Below, piece by piece: positions 39,944-54,187 of a stretch of DNA of 64,000 bases; positions within the stretch are counted from its first letter, which is position 1, and the number at the start of each line of letters is the position of its first letter. Position numbers and translations under genes: made by a program. Under the pieces are notes generated by a model. The model ran no database searches and had not been told where the DNA came from. It was given only the letters and a program-made list of their open reading frames with translations. Origin of the DNA: Octopus sinensis (lineage: Eukaryota); NCBI RefSeq assembly GCF_006345805.1, contig NC_042998.1, positions 138,260,001-138,324,000 of the forward strand. Direction: 5' to 3'.

Positions 39944-40421
39944 GTGTGTGCATTTGTTGTATATGCATGCGTGTCCGCGAAAGAAGCTAAACCCTTTCCG
40001 AATCTCACTAATCCGCAGGATGTTGTTACAAGTATTTAAATCATAGAACAGGTGAAAATTAAACATTTTTCTGTACATGGCATTGGTCTGCTATAGATTC
40101 CCTTAGTTGTTGTCTAGGCCCACGTCAGCCTGAGTGTGCTTACCCGTGGCACGAAAATAACCAAATGAACAACTACACAACCCAGTGATCCGTTGTTCTA
40201 GATACACCATGTCTCTGCTGCTCTAAGGCAGAGACATGGTGCATCAGTATACTGTACATTCAGTATAATAATCCATAAATATTACTTCTTTTCCATAGTC
40301 CAGTCTAAGGGTGTATACCAGAGCGAAGGCGAGAGAAAGGTAGACCCAGTCGCCTCTGTTATTGCTACTTTATGCTAATCAATTTTGGTTCAATTCCTAG
40401 TACAACATTATGAAATGCTGT

Positions 40422-40642
40422 TAGGGCAGCGAGCTTGTAGAATCGTTAGCACACTGGGAAATATGCTTAGTGGCATTTCATCCGTCTTTACGTTCTGAGT
40501 TCAAATTCTACCGAGGTCGGTTTTGCCTTTCATCCTTTCGAAGTCGATAAAATAAGTGCCGGTTGAACATTGGGAGTCGATGTGGTCAACTTAACTCCTC
40601 CCCCGAAATTACTGACCTTGTGCCAAAATTTGAAATCATTAT
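40422..40642 (+). mobile_element. Family D SINE
   Basis: Matches family D. Confidence 0.85.
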
Positions 40643-42052
40643 TAAATACTGCTAGTTGTTATTGTTATTTAACACTAAGACAAGTCGATAGAGCAGGACT
40701 ATTGTCAAATACACTCCAACGTAGTAATTCATGATTTTCAAATGTAATTCTCCTATGACTGTTAACCATTTTGTCTTTCCTTTGAACTGTTTATTTTCTT
40801 TTTCAAGATAGTAAAATGATCTTTACTGTCTCTAGTTTTCTAAGTATGCATATTTTGTTTCTTTATCCTTTTTTTATCTGGACTGGGCGGAATTGATAAT
40901 AGATCTTTACGAATCCACTCGAAGTATGATTCATAAAGCCATCGAAACATTCCTTAATTCTACAGTACTCGGATTAATTACATTGGTGGGTTATGCTACC
41001 CATCATCCTGTTTAGGAGTTAGCTGTACTTTATCATCGAGAGCTAAATTTTCTAGTCACAAACACCACGCAGTGTCGGTTGACTAAATACGAAAAGCCGA
41101 ACTCTTGGTAGTTTATCCGCTATATTTTCCACTCAGCTATTTGCACACTTTCAATCTATATAGGAAACATTTATTCATTCAGTCATTTATTTATTTATTG
41201 CCAAAAGTTTCCCTCCTCCTCCTTCCCTCTCTCTCTTTCTCTGATGGCGATTATAAATGCAGCGACCGAATCTTTTCATGGAAGCCAGGCAGTTTGGTGT
41301 GTGCATAGAGCGTCTTTATTATACAGAACTGAAGGAAATGTGTAATTGCTTCTGTTGGCTGGAGTCCATCTTTAATTTAAGTTGTTTTCCCCACGTCACA
41401 TTCACTCAGAAATTATATCATTGAGCTATTTAATAATGTATCAATTAGAGGCGGGAGAATCATCCGCTAAATCATCATCATAAACGTAGTCATCGTCGTC
41501 ATCATTATCATCAGCACCACCATCATCATCAGCGTCATCATTAACATAATCGTCGTCACCGTCTTGGTCGTCGTCGTCGTTATTGTTGCTGTTGTTGGTG
41601 GTGGCGGTGGTGTCGTGATGTTGTTGTGGTGGTGATGGTGGTGGTCATGGTGAAACCTATCATCAGAAGCATCAATAGCGATTATAAAGCAGTAGAAGAA
41701 AAGGCATCACCATCACCATCACCATCATCATAATCATCATAATCATCATCATCATCAACTTCACAAAAACCACCACCACCACCACCACCACCGCCACCAC
41801 CACTACCACTAACATCACCACCATCATCACCATCTTCTTGTCGTCGTCATCGCCGTTGTCATCCTTGCCAGCGTCAGTGTTGACGCCGTTTTCCCTCTAT
41901 TCCCGCCCCTTCTCGTTGACGTGATAAAGCTCACCACACTACCACCCCCAACACCACTACCTTCATATCCATCACTGTATCACTCACCATTATACCATTG
42001 CTGCCTCTGCCACTGCCACTTCTAACCTCACTATTATAACCACTACCATCGC

Positions 42053-42114
<62 letters not shown>

Positions 42115-42339
42115 TCGTCATCATCATCATCATCATCATCGTTGTCGTCGTCGTCGTCCTTGTTATCACCGTCACCACCGCCACCACGACTGCTACCACC
42201 ACCGCCACCGCCACCGCCGCCACCACCAGCACCACCTTAGTCGTTGTTGTCATCGTCAGTCATTATTGCCAGTACAGCTATCACTGATGTTTCAGTGTAC
42301 ATCCTCAATACAATTAATAGATGTCAGTCAGATCCTTAC

Positions 42340-42442
42340 CATTGAGAAACAGACAACGACTGTTTGTGAAGAAGCGGGTTCAATTCCAACCGTAAGCTGG
42401 ATTTAATTTGATCAACCTTGTGCATCAGAATATTTTGGAACT
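42340..42442 (-). CDS. Candidate internal coding exon (103 nt): (x)FQNILMHKVDQIKSSLRLELNPLLHKQSLSVSQ(W)
   Basis: Acceptor catttacag|, donor |gtaagg, and only one open frame (phase 1 to phase 2). Unique sequence between simple repeats; joins in frame to 16237-16342. Confidence 0.6.
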
Positions 42443-42629
42443 CTGTAAATGACGCACATACACATAACATATGCAAATATATACACATATAAACACACAT
42501 ACTCACGCATACATTCGTACGTACATACATACATACATACATACATGCATACATAATACGTACGTATGTATGTATGCTTGTACGTACGTACATACATACA
42601 TACACATACATACATACATACATACATAC

Positions 42630-42800
42630 ATAGGACGGGACGCAGGTCCGTCGCAGGATTACTCATTTTTGGCAGCAGAGTGGATTGGAGCAACGTGAAC
42701 TGAAGTGTTTTGCTCAAGAACACCATGCATCATTCGGTCCAGAAATCGAAACCACAGTCTTATATTCATGACCCCAACACCCTCACAGGTAAGCCACACG
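42630..42800 (-). mobile_element. Family C SINE, partial
   Basis: Reverse-complement match to 33721-33890. Confidence 0.8.
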
Positions 42801-42902
42801 GGACAGAGCCCAGAAATATACAGCAGTAAAGGCTCCCTCAGAACGATGTGATTTTCAAACCGTGAACATCATTATGAACTCCTGTACCTCCGCTATGTAT
42901 TG

Positions 42903-43112
42903 GGTTCAAATTTTGACATAAGGCCAGCAATTTTGAGGGAGGGGATAAATCGATTACATCGACTCCAGTGCTCTGCTGGTAATTATGTTATAGACCCAGA
43001 AGGATGAAAGGCAAAGTCGACCTCGGCGGAATTTGGAGTCAAAACATAAAGACAGACGAAATGCCACAAAGCATTTTGCCCAGCGCACTAACAATTCTGC
43101 CAGCTCGCAGGC
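42903..43112 (-). mobile_element. Family D SINE
   Basis: Reverse-complement match to family D. Confidence 0.85.
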
Positions 43113-43139
43113 TTACGTTTGTTATGTATTGTTATCACC

Positions 43140-43680
43140 AGCGGTCAACCATATGCCTTCCCTATCTCTAAGGGTTGGCTTGCCAAAACTCTAGCTCCCT
43201 CTGTGTTGAGCTGCATACATACAACTAGCCAGGATTCTGTTTAGAGTCCGTTCTTTGATGTCGTCAGTTCACAAACATCTGTGACAGCCTCTTTCTCTCT
43301 TTCAGCATTTCCTGCCAGAATAGGATGGTTTTAGGTAGTGATTCGTGGTGCATTGTATGTCCAAAGTAGACCTCTGTGGACTTGATTCTCAACAACATGT
43401 GCCTTTGGATTTTTCTTGCACATCCTGCATTTGTTACCCAGTCATACTAGCTTATCTTTCCAAACCTCCAAACGATTCACATCTGAAAGGCTTCTATCAT
43501 TTTCTTCGTAGCTGCATTCACTGTCCAAGATTCTGTTCAATAAAGAACAATTGGCATATAATACAGCAGTTTAAAAGCCTCAAATTTAGATGCAGTTATG
43601 TCTTTTGAGGTAAACATCTTTCACAGTTTTATTTGCCCTAGTTTCGTGTGTTTAAATGTGTTCCATCATTTTGAGACACC
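43140..43680 (-). mobile_element. RTE-clade LINE 3' fragment (decayed)
   Basis: Minus-strand translation with stops gives VLY*TESWTVNAATKKMIEAFQM, KIS*YDWVTN, YFGHTM and TDDIKE, matching the RTE C-terminal motifs LYGCESWT, IEAFEM, ISW.DRVTN, YFGH and W.DDIK. Confidence 0.8.
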
Positions 43681-44762
43681 TTGTCTATACAAAAGTAGAA
43701 AACTAATAATTGTTATGATAGTAATTACAACAAACAATAATGATTTCTAGCTTATTGGCAACAAGTACAAATATTTCGTGGGGACAGGCGATAACGATTA
43801 AATAGACAAAAGTACTTGTTTCATCGATCGGAGAGATGAAAACAATAGCCCACAATCTTACCAGCAGCAGCAGTTGTACCGTCACCATCACTACTACTAC
43901 TACTATGGAGCGAGAGGCAGGAAGCAAAAGAGAAAAGAGAGAGAGGAAGAGGGGAAGAGAGAAAGGAATGAGAGAAGAAGAAGAAGAAGAAGAAGAAGAA
44001 GAAGAAGAAGAAGAAGAAGAAGAAGAAGAAGAAGAAGAAGAAGAAGAAGAAGAGCGAGTAAGATAGAGAGAGAAAGAGAGAGAGAAAGAGGGAGGGAGAG
44101 AGAGAGCTAGGGTCGACTGCAGGCGATTTCTGCGTGATTTTAAGTCAGAATATGATTGGGTATAGCTAAAGATGGTACGATAGATCTCGCCCCATGACCC
44201 TGGCAGTTTTGTCATCCAAATATTTTATTTTATTTTTATCTATATAGAAGTTCTCAATCAACGCCAGTACTTGACTGGTGTTGGTATTCATTTTCAGCAG
44301 TAACACATATGAATTATAAGGTTGCACTCCAAAGGTTTAAAAGCAGAACGTCAAAACACATAATTTGATACATCAATTCCATCTCGTCTCTTGCTGTAGG
44401 GACTCAATCTAGGAATAATGATCATAATAGGCAGCAACATATTAGAATGTGATATATTGCAACGGTTTCCGATTTAGGTAAGGCCATCAGTTTTAAGAGG
44501 AATGGTTAGTCGATTACATCAGCCTAATAATTGCCTGGTAATTTATTTTATTGACTTCCTAAAGAATAAAAGGCAAAGTTGACCTCGGCGGGATTTGGAT
44601 TCTGAACAAACAGATCGTAAAAAAATATCTTTAAGCATTTTGACCGATGCTCTACTGATTCTACCAGTTTGCCGCCATAATCGTGTACTGTAATGTAACG
44701 CAATATACAACAAATTACAATAATATGCAACGCAGTACAATATGATATAGTATTGTGTATTG

Positions 44763-45250
44763 TGACTCCCTTCGGTGATGAACGACCATGGGATTACACC
44801 TAGAAAGTTATCCTCCGAGGCACAACTCTGGGCAAGGTTGTTTATGGAAGACCAGCAGTCGCCCACGCGTACCAGCCTCCCCTCTCCACGCCACTGATGT
44901 TATCCAAGGGAAAGGCAAAGGCCGATACAGCTTGGCACCAGTGACGTCGCAGCTCATTTATTACACATACACGTGTACCCTTAGCGTAGTTCTCGGGGAG
45001 ATTCAGCGGGACACTGAGTGTGACAAGGCTGGCCCTTTGAAATACAGATACAACAAAAACAGGAAGAAAGAGTAAGAGAAAGTTGTGGTGAAAGAGTACA
45101 GCTGAGTTCACCACCACCCACTGCCGGAGCCTCGTAGAGCTTTAGGTGTTTTCGCTCAATAAACACTCACAATGCCCGGTCTGGGAATCGAAACCGCGAT
45201 CGTACGACCGCAAGTCCGCTGCCCTAACCACTGGGCCATTGCGCCTCCAC
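44763..45250 (-). mobile_element. SINE chimera: family B head and body fused to family E tail
   Basis: 44965-45250 matches 49152-49430, and 44763-44960 matches 39195-39390. Confidence 0.8.
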
Positions 45251-45719
45251 ATAATATAGTAATATACAATAATTAATAACAATTAACAATAATAAAAAGT
45301 TTAAGATTTAACACGTCAAAAATAGAAAACAGAGATAAATAAATGAATGATGGAGACCACTCATCTCTCCAAGCAAACGTCTTCTTTAACTATTGGCCAA
45401 CCTGGAGAGTGGCATCATTCATCCGCAGTTACCCTTCTCCTTTCGTGAAATTTAGTCAGGTCTGCCCTCTCTATGTCCATTCTTCAACTCTTTCCACCTC
45501 CAATCTCATTTTCAAATAGTATTTGAAGAAAGTATTGAGAGTGTCGTCGAGGAAAACTCTTTCCATTACCAATTTCAAAGACGTTCACTCAAGTTTTGCC
45601 TCAAACAGACATCAAAAAATAAAAGAAAGAAAAGAAAACAAAGACACTAACTAGTTATCCATGTAAAATGGAGATAATAGAGTGATTATCGCGGTGGGTT
45701 GGCGTCACCAGCCGTTTAA

Positions 45720-46345
45720 CGTAAGATTAGAGACAGATGGCACATCGATACAGGACGGGAAAGTGCATGTGGGACAACTTCACGAGAAATTATAATAATA
45801 GCAAAAGATCTGCATCGGAAACTGTGAAAAGTGGAGATTAGAAAGAGGTAATACCACAGAGGTGACTGGGTACTTGAAAAATCTCGGGGAATTTCCCAAT
45901 TCAAACAGACCAAGTGTTTCAGCACAACAAGCCGGACTAAGTAGTAGTGGACAAAGTAAAACACATGTGCTCTGTAATTGATGTTGCCTGATCATTTGAC
46001 TCACAGATAGTTGAGAAGGGAGGCAAGAAAGTAGACGTATACAATCCTCTTAAATCGAAATAGCCTGACTGAAGAAGATGAAAAAGGTAAAAATAGTGCC
46101 GATTATTAATTGGGGCCTTAGGCACAGAATCAAAAGGTATTGAGAGGAGCATAAAGAAAATGGGAATATAGCGTCCAGCAGAGCTTTTGCAAAAAAATTA
46201 ACCTCATTGGCACAAATTATTAGAATTATCGGAAAAGTACTATATAGTTTTGAAGATAACAAGTAGCAGGGTACCATAGGCTAGAGGTAGCAAAGCCACA
46301 ATTCATGCAAGATACCATGAATTCCAACAAAACCTGAGATAAACG
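45720..46345 (+). mobile_element. R4/Dong-like LINE endonuclease-region fragment
   Basis: FPIQTDQVFQHNKPD*VVVDK, VIDVA, VPII.GALG and LLQK motifs, with stops and frameshifts. Confidence 0.8.
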
Positions 46346-46354
46346 AATAGATAA

Positions 46355-46650
46355 AGACTCCATTCGGTCATGAATGACCATGGGATTGCACCTAGAAAGT
46401 TACCCCCAGAAGCACAAGTCTAGGCAAGGTTGTCTATAGAAGACCAGCAGTTGCCCATGTATACCAATCTCCCCTCTCCACGCCTCCGATGTTATCCAAG
46501 GGAAAGGCAAACGCCGATACAGCTTAGCACCAGTGACAGCGCAACTCATTTCTACAGCACAGCTGAGTGAACTGGAGCAATGTGAAATAAAGTGTCTTGC
46601 TCAAGAACACAACACACAGGCCGGGCCGAGAATCGAACTCACTGAGCCAA
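46355..46650 (-). mobile_element. Family E SINE
   Basis: Matches 39195-39480. Confidence 0.85.
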
Positions 46651-46669
46651 GAATAAATAACAATAATAA

Positions 46670-46840
46670 CAATGTAGAAGATGAATACCGCTACGATACC
46701 TGCTACCATCGGGGTACTCGGGGTAATAAAAAATGCAACATAAAAATCCATAGACAAATACAAGGAAAGCCACGCTTAAAAGAAATACAGAAAATAACCC
46801 AAATGGTGCTGCGCACCTTTTACGAAGAGGCCTGTCATCT
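46670..46840 (+). mobile_element. R4/Dong-like LINE 3' tip
   Basis: TIPATIGVLGVIK...GKPRLKEIQKI resembles the C-terminus of 18142-18954 and is preceded by (AAT/AAC)n. Confidence 0.7.
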
Positions 46841-47528
46841 TAAATTTCATAGTCTTATAGAATTGTTATTGAGCGCTCATATGTACGCGTGCTTCATTTT
46901 TTTTTTTATGTGTCCAGTCCAATCGCTTCTTGACAACATTAAATCATGTAATATATGAAAAGCATCATATAGGTTATTTACCTCAAGCATCAAGGTGGTG
47001 CCCAGTGGATAATGTGTAAGTACAGCAGATATCAAGGAAAATTTTCCATAATAATAATAATTGCTTCTAATATAGGTACAAGGCCTGAAAGTTTGGGGGA
47101 AAGGGTCAGTCGATACCATCAACCCCTGTCTGTGACTGGTTCTTTATTTTATCGACCTCGGAAAGGCTTCGGCAATGAATGATGCTGTTGTTGTTGGCGG
47201 TAGTTCTGGTGTTCAAAATCGTGACACTGCTGCTGCTGCTAATGATGATGATGATGACGACGACGATAATTATGACGATGATGTTAATCTGGATGATGAC
47301 AATGACGATGGCGACGATGAAGACGACGACGACGACGACGACGACAATGATGATGATGTTGACAACTACAATAATGGTGATAAAGATGATGCGAAGGTGG
47401 AGGATATCTTAAACGACGAGAAGTTGAGATCTTCTTTCTTCATCGCCCACCCTCGCCACCTGCCTCTGCCGCTATTTGCTTTCTCGACAAATCCATCTTC
47501 TTCAGTTGACATCGTCCGCTGCCCTTAC

Positions 47529-47594
47529 CTCTTGGTCTTATGCTCCACTTTTGTCCAGTCTCTCCATCCGGTGTTGTGATAACTTCTCCTCTTC
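47529..47594 (-). CDS. Weaker candidate 66-nt exon (GRGEVITTPDGETGQKWSIRPR)
   Basis: ctccag| acceptor and |gtaagg donor. The phase-1 end would join 42442 as G|AG = Glu. Surrounding sequence is not obviously intronic. Confidence 0.3.
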
Positions 47595-47942
47595 CTGGAG
47601 CGTATAAGATTTCAAGGAACCCCATCACCCTTGCATACTTGCCCTTATTCCCACTCTCTTAATTTACATAAATGAGGGTAGCGACATTGAACGATCACTG
47701 CCGGTCTTTATGTGTATGTATATATATATATATATTTACATACCATATATAATATATATACATATACCATAATTATAATATATATATATATATTTACATA
47801 TATACCATATATAATATATATATATACCATATATAATATATAATATATATACATATACCATAATTATATATATATATATATACATACCATATATATATAT
47901 ATATATATATATGGTGTGTGTGTGTGTGTGTATGTGTGTATG

Positions 47943-47987
<45 letters not shown>

Positions 47988-47988
47988 A

Positions 47989-48083
<95 letters not shown>

Positions 48084-48519
48084 TTACATACATACCATAT
48101 AATATATATATATATACGTTGCTTCCTCCTGGCTGGCTGCTGATGTCAAAAAGTAAATACCAGGAATTAAACATCCATCAGGGCTTCCAGTTAATTATTT
48201 TGCACTACTATAGTGTTCTTATTATTGCTATTGTAGTGGTGGTAGTGGTGGTAGTGGTGGTGGTGGTATCAGTGACTTTAATAGTATCCATAATTACATT
48301 CTTAGTTGGTGTTACTAATGTTGCTAAATTAATACCACTAGTGGCAGCAGCAGCAGTATCACCATCAGCAGCAACAGTAGTGGTAGTGTCGAAGGGCACT
48401 TGCTCTTGTTCAGATCTTGGAACGTGGGGTTCCTTGATTGTCCCAAGAGGTCCTCCGTTATGAGAACAGTCACACTACTATCACGTTTTTTTTTGTTTTG
48501 TTTTTGTTTACTGACGCAT

Positions 48520-48684
48520 AGGTGCAGGCGTGGCTGTGTGGTAAGAAGCTTGCTTCCCAACCACATGATTTCAGGTTCAGTCTCACTGTGTGGCACCTTG
48601 GGCAAGTGTTTTCTGCTATAGCCTCGGGCCGACCAAACCTTTGTGAGTGGATTTAGTAGACGGAAACTGAAAGAAGCCCGCCGT
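48520..48684 (+). mobile_element. Family A SINE 5' half
   Basis: A/B boxes and CORE-like segment, ending at the internal microsatellite. Confidence 0.88.
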
Positions 48685-48727
48685 ATGTATGTATGTATGT
48701 ATGTATGTATGTATGTATGTATGTATG

Positions 48728-48764
<37 letters not shown>

Positions 48765-48775
48765 GAATTAATAGG

Positions 48776-49005
48776 GAAGGGTATTACAGGTAGTATCAGC
48801 ATGCTAAAATAGCAGTCAAAACGACTCAGAACCACAAGTTTTCACTTTTAAATAAAAATGAAGTCGGAGGAACGAGTAAAATCACTAAGATCTCGTACCA
48901 ATGACGAAAAAAAGTGAAATTAAGTCAATGTAAAATTGAAAACTTGTAGTTTTGGCTCCTTTTGACTGCTCTTTTAGTATGTTGTTACTACATGTAGTAC
49001 CCTTC
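48776..49005. mobile_element. MITE-like element with ~70-bp imperfect terminal inverted repeats
   Basis: GAAGGGTATTACAGGTAGTATCAGCATGCTAAAATAGCAGTCAAAA...ACAAGTTTTCA is mirrored by TGAAAACTTGT...TTTTGACTGCTCTTTTAGTATGTTGTTACTACATGTAGTACCCTTC. No clear TSD. Confidence 0.8.
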
Positions 49006-49112
49006 AATATTATTTAATAATTTTAACCTTTATGGCGTTTTTACGCATGCTAAGCCACTGATATTATTGTAAACAGTAATATCCTTATATACGTGTGCGT
49101 GTGTGTGTGTGT

Positions 49113-49151
<39 letters not shown>

Positions 49152-49153
<2 letters not shown>

Positions 49154-49528
49154 AGGCGCAATGGCCCAGTGGTTAGGGCAGCGGACTCGCGGTCGTAGGA
49201 TCGCGGTTTCGATTCCCAGACCGAGCGTTGTGAGTGTTTATTGAGCAAAAATATCTAAAGCTCACGTGCCTCCGGCGGGCGGGCAGTGGAGGGCCGAACC
49301 TTGCTGTACTCTTTCACCACAACTTTCTCTCACTCCAGTTTCTGTTGTACCTGTATTTCAAAGGGCCAGCTTGTCACACTCTGTGTCATGCTGAACCTCC
49401 CTGAGAACTACGTTAATGGTAAACGTGTGTGTGGAGTGCTCAGCCACTTACTCGTTAATTTCACGAGCAGACCGTTCCGTTGATCGGACCAACTGGAACC
49501 CTCGTCGATGTAACCGACGGAGTACCAC
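49152..49528 (+). mobile_element. Family B tRNA-derived SINE, full length
   Basis: GGAGGCGCAATGGCCCAGTGGTTAGGGCAGCGG...GGTTTCGATTCC tRNA-like head, with a second copy at 44965-45250. Confidence 0.9.
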
Positions 49529-49732
49529 GTTACACACACACACGCAAGCACACACACACACACATACACACACACACGCGCACACACAGCACATATATAT
49601 ATATATTATATACCAGACTAATAATAGCAGATGTAGAGTAATATGCTTTATTTAGAAACAAAACTGACCGATGAACGGGAACGTGAAACTCTGAGTAATA
49701 GTTTTTGAGATATTCTTGCTGCTTTTTACAAA

Positions 49733-49804
<72 letters not shown>

Positions 49805-49939
49805 TATATATATACATATACATATACATATACATATATATATTATATAAGTAAAAGAATACTATGTATACTTCTTTTATTTTTTTTACATTGTTATACG
49901 TTTACACTTTCAACGCTTCTTTTATTATTATATCATTTC

Positions 49940-50372
49940 AGAATGCTTAGTGGCATTTCATCTATCTTTACGTTCTGATGTTAAACACCAAGAGAGTCGA
50001 CTCTATCTTTCATCCATTCCGAGTGGATAAAATATGTACCAGTTGATCACTGGGGGTCGATGTAATCGACTTATCACCCCCCCCCCCCCCCCGAAATTTC
50101 CAACCTTGTGCCTATAGTAGAAAGGATTATTCTTCGTATTATTATTACCATCAACGCGGTGAGCTGACACAGCCGTTAGCACGCCTGGCAAATTGCTTAG
50201 CGACATTTCGTACATCTTTACGTTCGGAGATCAAATTCCGCCGAGATCGACTTTGCCTTTCATCCCTTTGGGGTCGATGAAATGAGTATCATTTGAGCAG
50301 TGGCGCTCAACTGATGTAATCGACTTAACCCCTTCCCCGAAATTGTTGGCCTTGTGCATAAATTTGAAACTA
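49940..50372 (+). mobile_element. Two tandem family D SINEs
   Basis: Both match family D. Confidence 0.85.
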
Positions 50373-50473
50373 TTTTTGTTTATTTTGTTGTTGCTGCTGT
50401 TGTTGTTGTTGTTATTCTTATACAATAATGACGGTAATGGTGATCTTGTTGTTGACAATGATTAAGGTGACCA

Positions 50474-50507
<34 letters not shown>

Positions 50508-51392
50508 GATGATGATGATGATGATGATGATGATGTCGTCGACAATGACGACGACGAACGATATCGTATGCAAAGAGAGTAATTTAAATGGAACAGAGGG
50601 CCACTGATATTTTGTATGTAAGTTGTATACAACTTGGAGGTTGTCAAAATTTGTTAGAGGGGAAGTGGAAGAGTGGGTGTCCATGGGAAATGAAGGGGTT
50701 TTGCTCTCAGCCAAGAAGAGCTAAAGAGAGATGGAGGGAGGACGAGAGAAAGAGTGAGAGGAAGCGAATGTGAATAAATGGTATAGAAAGGATAGTAATG
50801 GGGTGGGGAGACAGTATTGAATGAGTATTTCATGATTTGAAAAATCTTAAATCAAAATTGAATGCAAAATAGGTATATGCTGCATATTGAGTGAGTTGGT
50901 TTAACATCATGTCAAAAGCAATTAGAGAACAAAAGTTTAAGCAGGGTACACACAAATACACAAGCAGACATATACAGACACATACGGCAGAGATATATAC
51001 AGACATGTATACATTCGTTCGTACATAGAGACATCTATACACATATTTAGATAACAAAACAAAAAAAAAAGAGAGAAATGTTTCAAACTTTATTCATCAC
51101 CAACTAAAATCAAAATTGTGCACAACACCCCGCCATCGTTGAAACATGTCACAATATTTTTTCCTTTTTCTTTTTCTTTTTCTTTTTTTTTTTGCAAATC
51201 AGAAATCAGCCGAACGAAACTTCGAAGCTACTATCATCACTAGTACCACCACAACCACTACTACCACCACCACCGCTACTTCTACCACTACCACTACTAC
51301 CACCACTGATAGTATTATTGCTGCTACTACAACTACTACTACAAGTAACACAACTGCTACAACCATCACTACCACCACCACCACCACCACCG

Positions 51393-51423
<31 letters not shown>

Positions 51424-51611
51424 CACTGAGATGAGTGAAAAACATAAACCAAGAGAGAGAGGAGGAGAGGAAACTAGAAAGTGGTGGTAACAAAAAAAAA
51501 TCCGAGAAAAAGTTTTGTTCAGAAAATTTTTTAATTTCAAAACCAAAACCCCCACCCACCTCCAAACAGACACATAAACATTTCTATGAGAGTGGTAGTA
51601 GTAATAGTAGT

Positions 51612-51642
<31 letters not shown>

Positions 51643-51820
51643 TGTTGTTGTTGTTGTTGTTGTTGTGGTTGTGGTTGTTGCTGTTATTTTAAGTTTTATG
51701 CAGCTGTTTTAATATTAATGTTAATATCACTATATATATATACATATATATATATATAATATATATATATATATTATATATATATATACATATATACATG
51801 TATGAATGTATGCATGCGTG

Positions 51821-51887
<67 letters not shown>

Positions 51888-52749
51888 CATATATACATGT
51901 ATGAATGTATGCATGCGTGTATGTATATATATATATATATATATATACATCTATATATTTGTATGCATTTATATACACATGTGTGTATACATATATAAAT
52001 ATGTTGTATATATGTGTACATACATACGTACGTACATGCATGCATACATATAAATATAACATATACATATATACTTTCTCAACCTGAGAAAATATATGAT
52101 CCAAATCCAAAACTGTTCAAATCTTTTCTAAAAGTTTGGCATGTTTTTGCATACTAATTCATTTTAGTTGTCGATAGATTAAATGCCTTTTGCAATAAAA
52201 GGAGAAAAACAAACTTAAACAACCTTATATACGCCTATACGTACGTACATGTAATTTTACATACATACATACATATATATATATGTATATATAATGCTCT
52301 CTCTTATTTCCACAAGGAAAAAAATTACAAACACTCAAAAATACATGTTTTTCTCTTGGGGTGCAATGATAATCGATAATACACTTATCACATTTAAAGA
52401 CAGCGTCGAGCTTCGTTTGTTTCTTACTTTCTTCTTTCTCTTTCTCTTTCTTCCTTCCTTTCTTTCTTTGTTTCTTTGCTTTTTTGGTGGGGTGTTTTTT
52501 TTATATTTTTTACTCGATACATTTTAAGTATTCTAGTGATTCATTTCTAAATGAAAAACTGCAGTTATGCCACAACGTGCTCATATATATATGTATATAT
52601 ATACACACGTACATATTCACATACACACACGCGCGTGCTGTTTTTCACAATGACAGCCATTTAAAGATGTAAAATGATTTTCCTTTCATAAAACAGCTTT
52701 TATTTTTACTTATTAATTTATCTAGGTTGTTGTTTTTATTTCATTTAAG

Positions 52750-52911
52750 CGTAAGCATAACAATATGATTAAGAAGCTCACTTTGGTATTACTTGGTTTC
52801 GGTTTCAGTCCCACTGCGCAGTATCTTGAGAAAGTGTCTTCTACTCTAGCTCTGAGCCAACTAATGCCTTGTGAGTGAATTTAATAGGCAGAAACACCGC
52901 GGAAGCCCGTC

Positions 52912-52959
<48 letters not shown>

Positions 52960-53089
52960 TATATATAATAATATATATATGCATATATATGTGTATATAT
53001 ATATTTATGCATATATATGTGTATATATATATTTTTTATGCATATATATATGTTATATATATATATTATGCATATAATATATATATATA

Positions 53090-53132
<43 letters not shown>

Positions 53133-53592
53133 AATCCCCGCCTCAAAAAAACAAGAACAAACACAAAAATACAACAACGCGAGGACGTGGTGCATGTAAA
53201 GTATAAACAGAAGCTCAGGGAAGGAAAGAAAGATGATTTAACGTTTCGAGCAAAGCTCTTCTTCACAAACAGAGGAAAGTCCAATAGAAAAGGAAAACGA
53301 GGAAATAGTCGCCAACGATTCACATGTGGTTAGAGAGAGAGAGATGTGTGTGTTAGTGTTTGTTCCTCTAGCCCCACTACCGCTTGACAACCGGTTCTGG
53401 CTGTCTAAGATCCCTGTATATTAGCGGTTCGACAAAAGACATCGATATTTGTTTACGTCCCATCAAAAGACACCGATAGAATAAGTATTAAACTTGGAAA
53501 TAAGTACTGGGATCGATGTGTTCGACTAAACATTAGAAGGTAGTGCCCCAGCATAATCGCAGTCCAATGTCTGAAACAAGTAAACATAAAAG
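52750..53592 (+). mobile_element. Old family A SINE with a Penelope-like fragment nested in its internal microsatellite
   Basis: 5' half at 52750-52912, then (TA)n, an insert at 53130-53330, and the 3' half at 53345-53592. Confidence 0.75.
53237..53270 (-). ncRNA. Minimal type I hammerhead-like motif (C3G variant)
   Basis: gttt-GTGAAGA-A-GAGC-ttt-GCTC-GAAACGTT-aaat. Confidence 0.5.
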
Positions 53593-54143
53593 ACTTGCTT
53601 ATTTCTTTACTTTTCAGTTTAAATTGCTGTGGAAAAAAGCTTCGTATGGTACTGTTGCTGAGTGATCAAGTAAAATAGCAGAGGGTCTGCTGAAGTGTCA
53701 CGCGTTCAAATCTAGTGATTGGCAGTCGCTTCTAGTTTTTTATGAAGAAAGCACACCAAAGCTTTTCTAATGCGACGCTTCTTGATCTTTGAAAGAGATA
53801 AATGCAATGTTTATGCCTTTTTTTCTTGCACATTGTTGATTAAATTCATTGCAAATACCAATAATATATCCATTTTCATGTCTGCAAATGTATATAGCAG
53901 AAATTTAGACAAACATGGGTTTATGAATTAGTCCCTACGTACGTTTCACCAGCATTTGGATATTCAAAGTGCTTAACCAGATGGTCATCAGGGAACACTC
54001 TATTGCACTAAGTTGCACTGAACTAATGTGTGTGTGTGTCTGCCTGTGTGTGTGTCTGCCTGTGTGTGTCTGGGCGCACGCGCGCGCGTAGATATGTATA
54101 TATAGTACATACATATACATTCATATACATATACATACATACA

Positions 54144-54176
<33 letters not shown>

Positions 54177-54187
54177 TTATATTCATG

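Noticed and set aside
49152-49225. tRNA-like sequence
   Set aside because: It continues into a SINE body and lacks a complete acceptor stem, so it is a SINE head. The same applies to 39455-39530 and 45175-45250.
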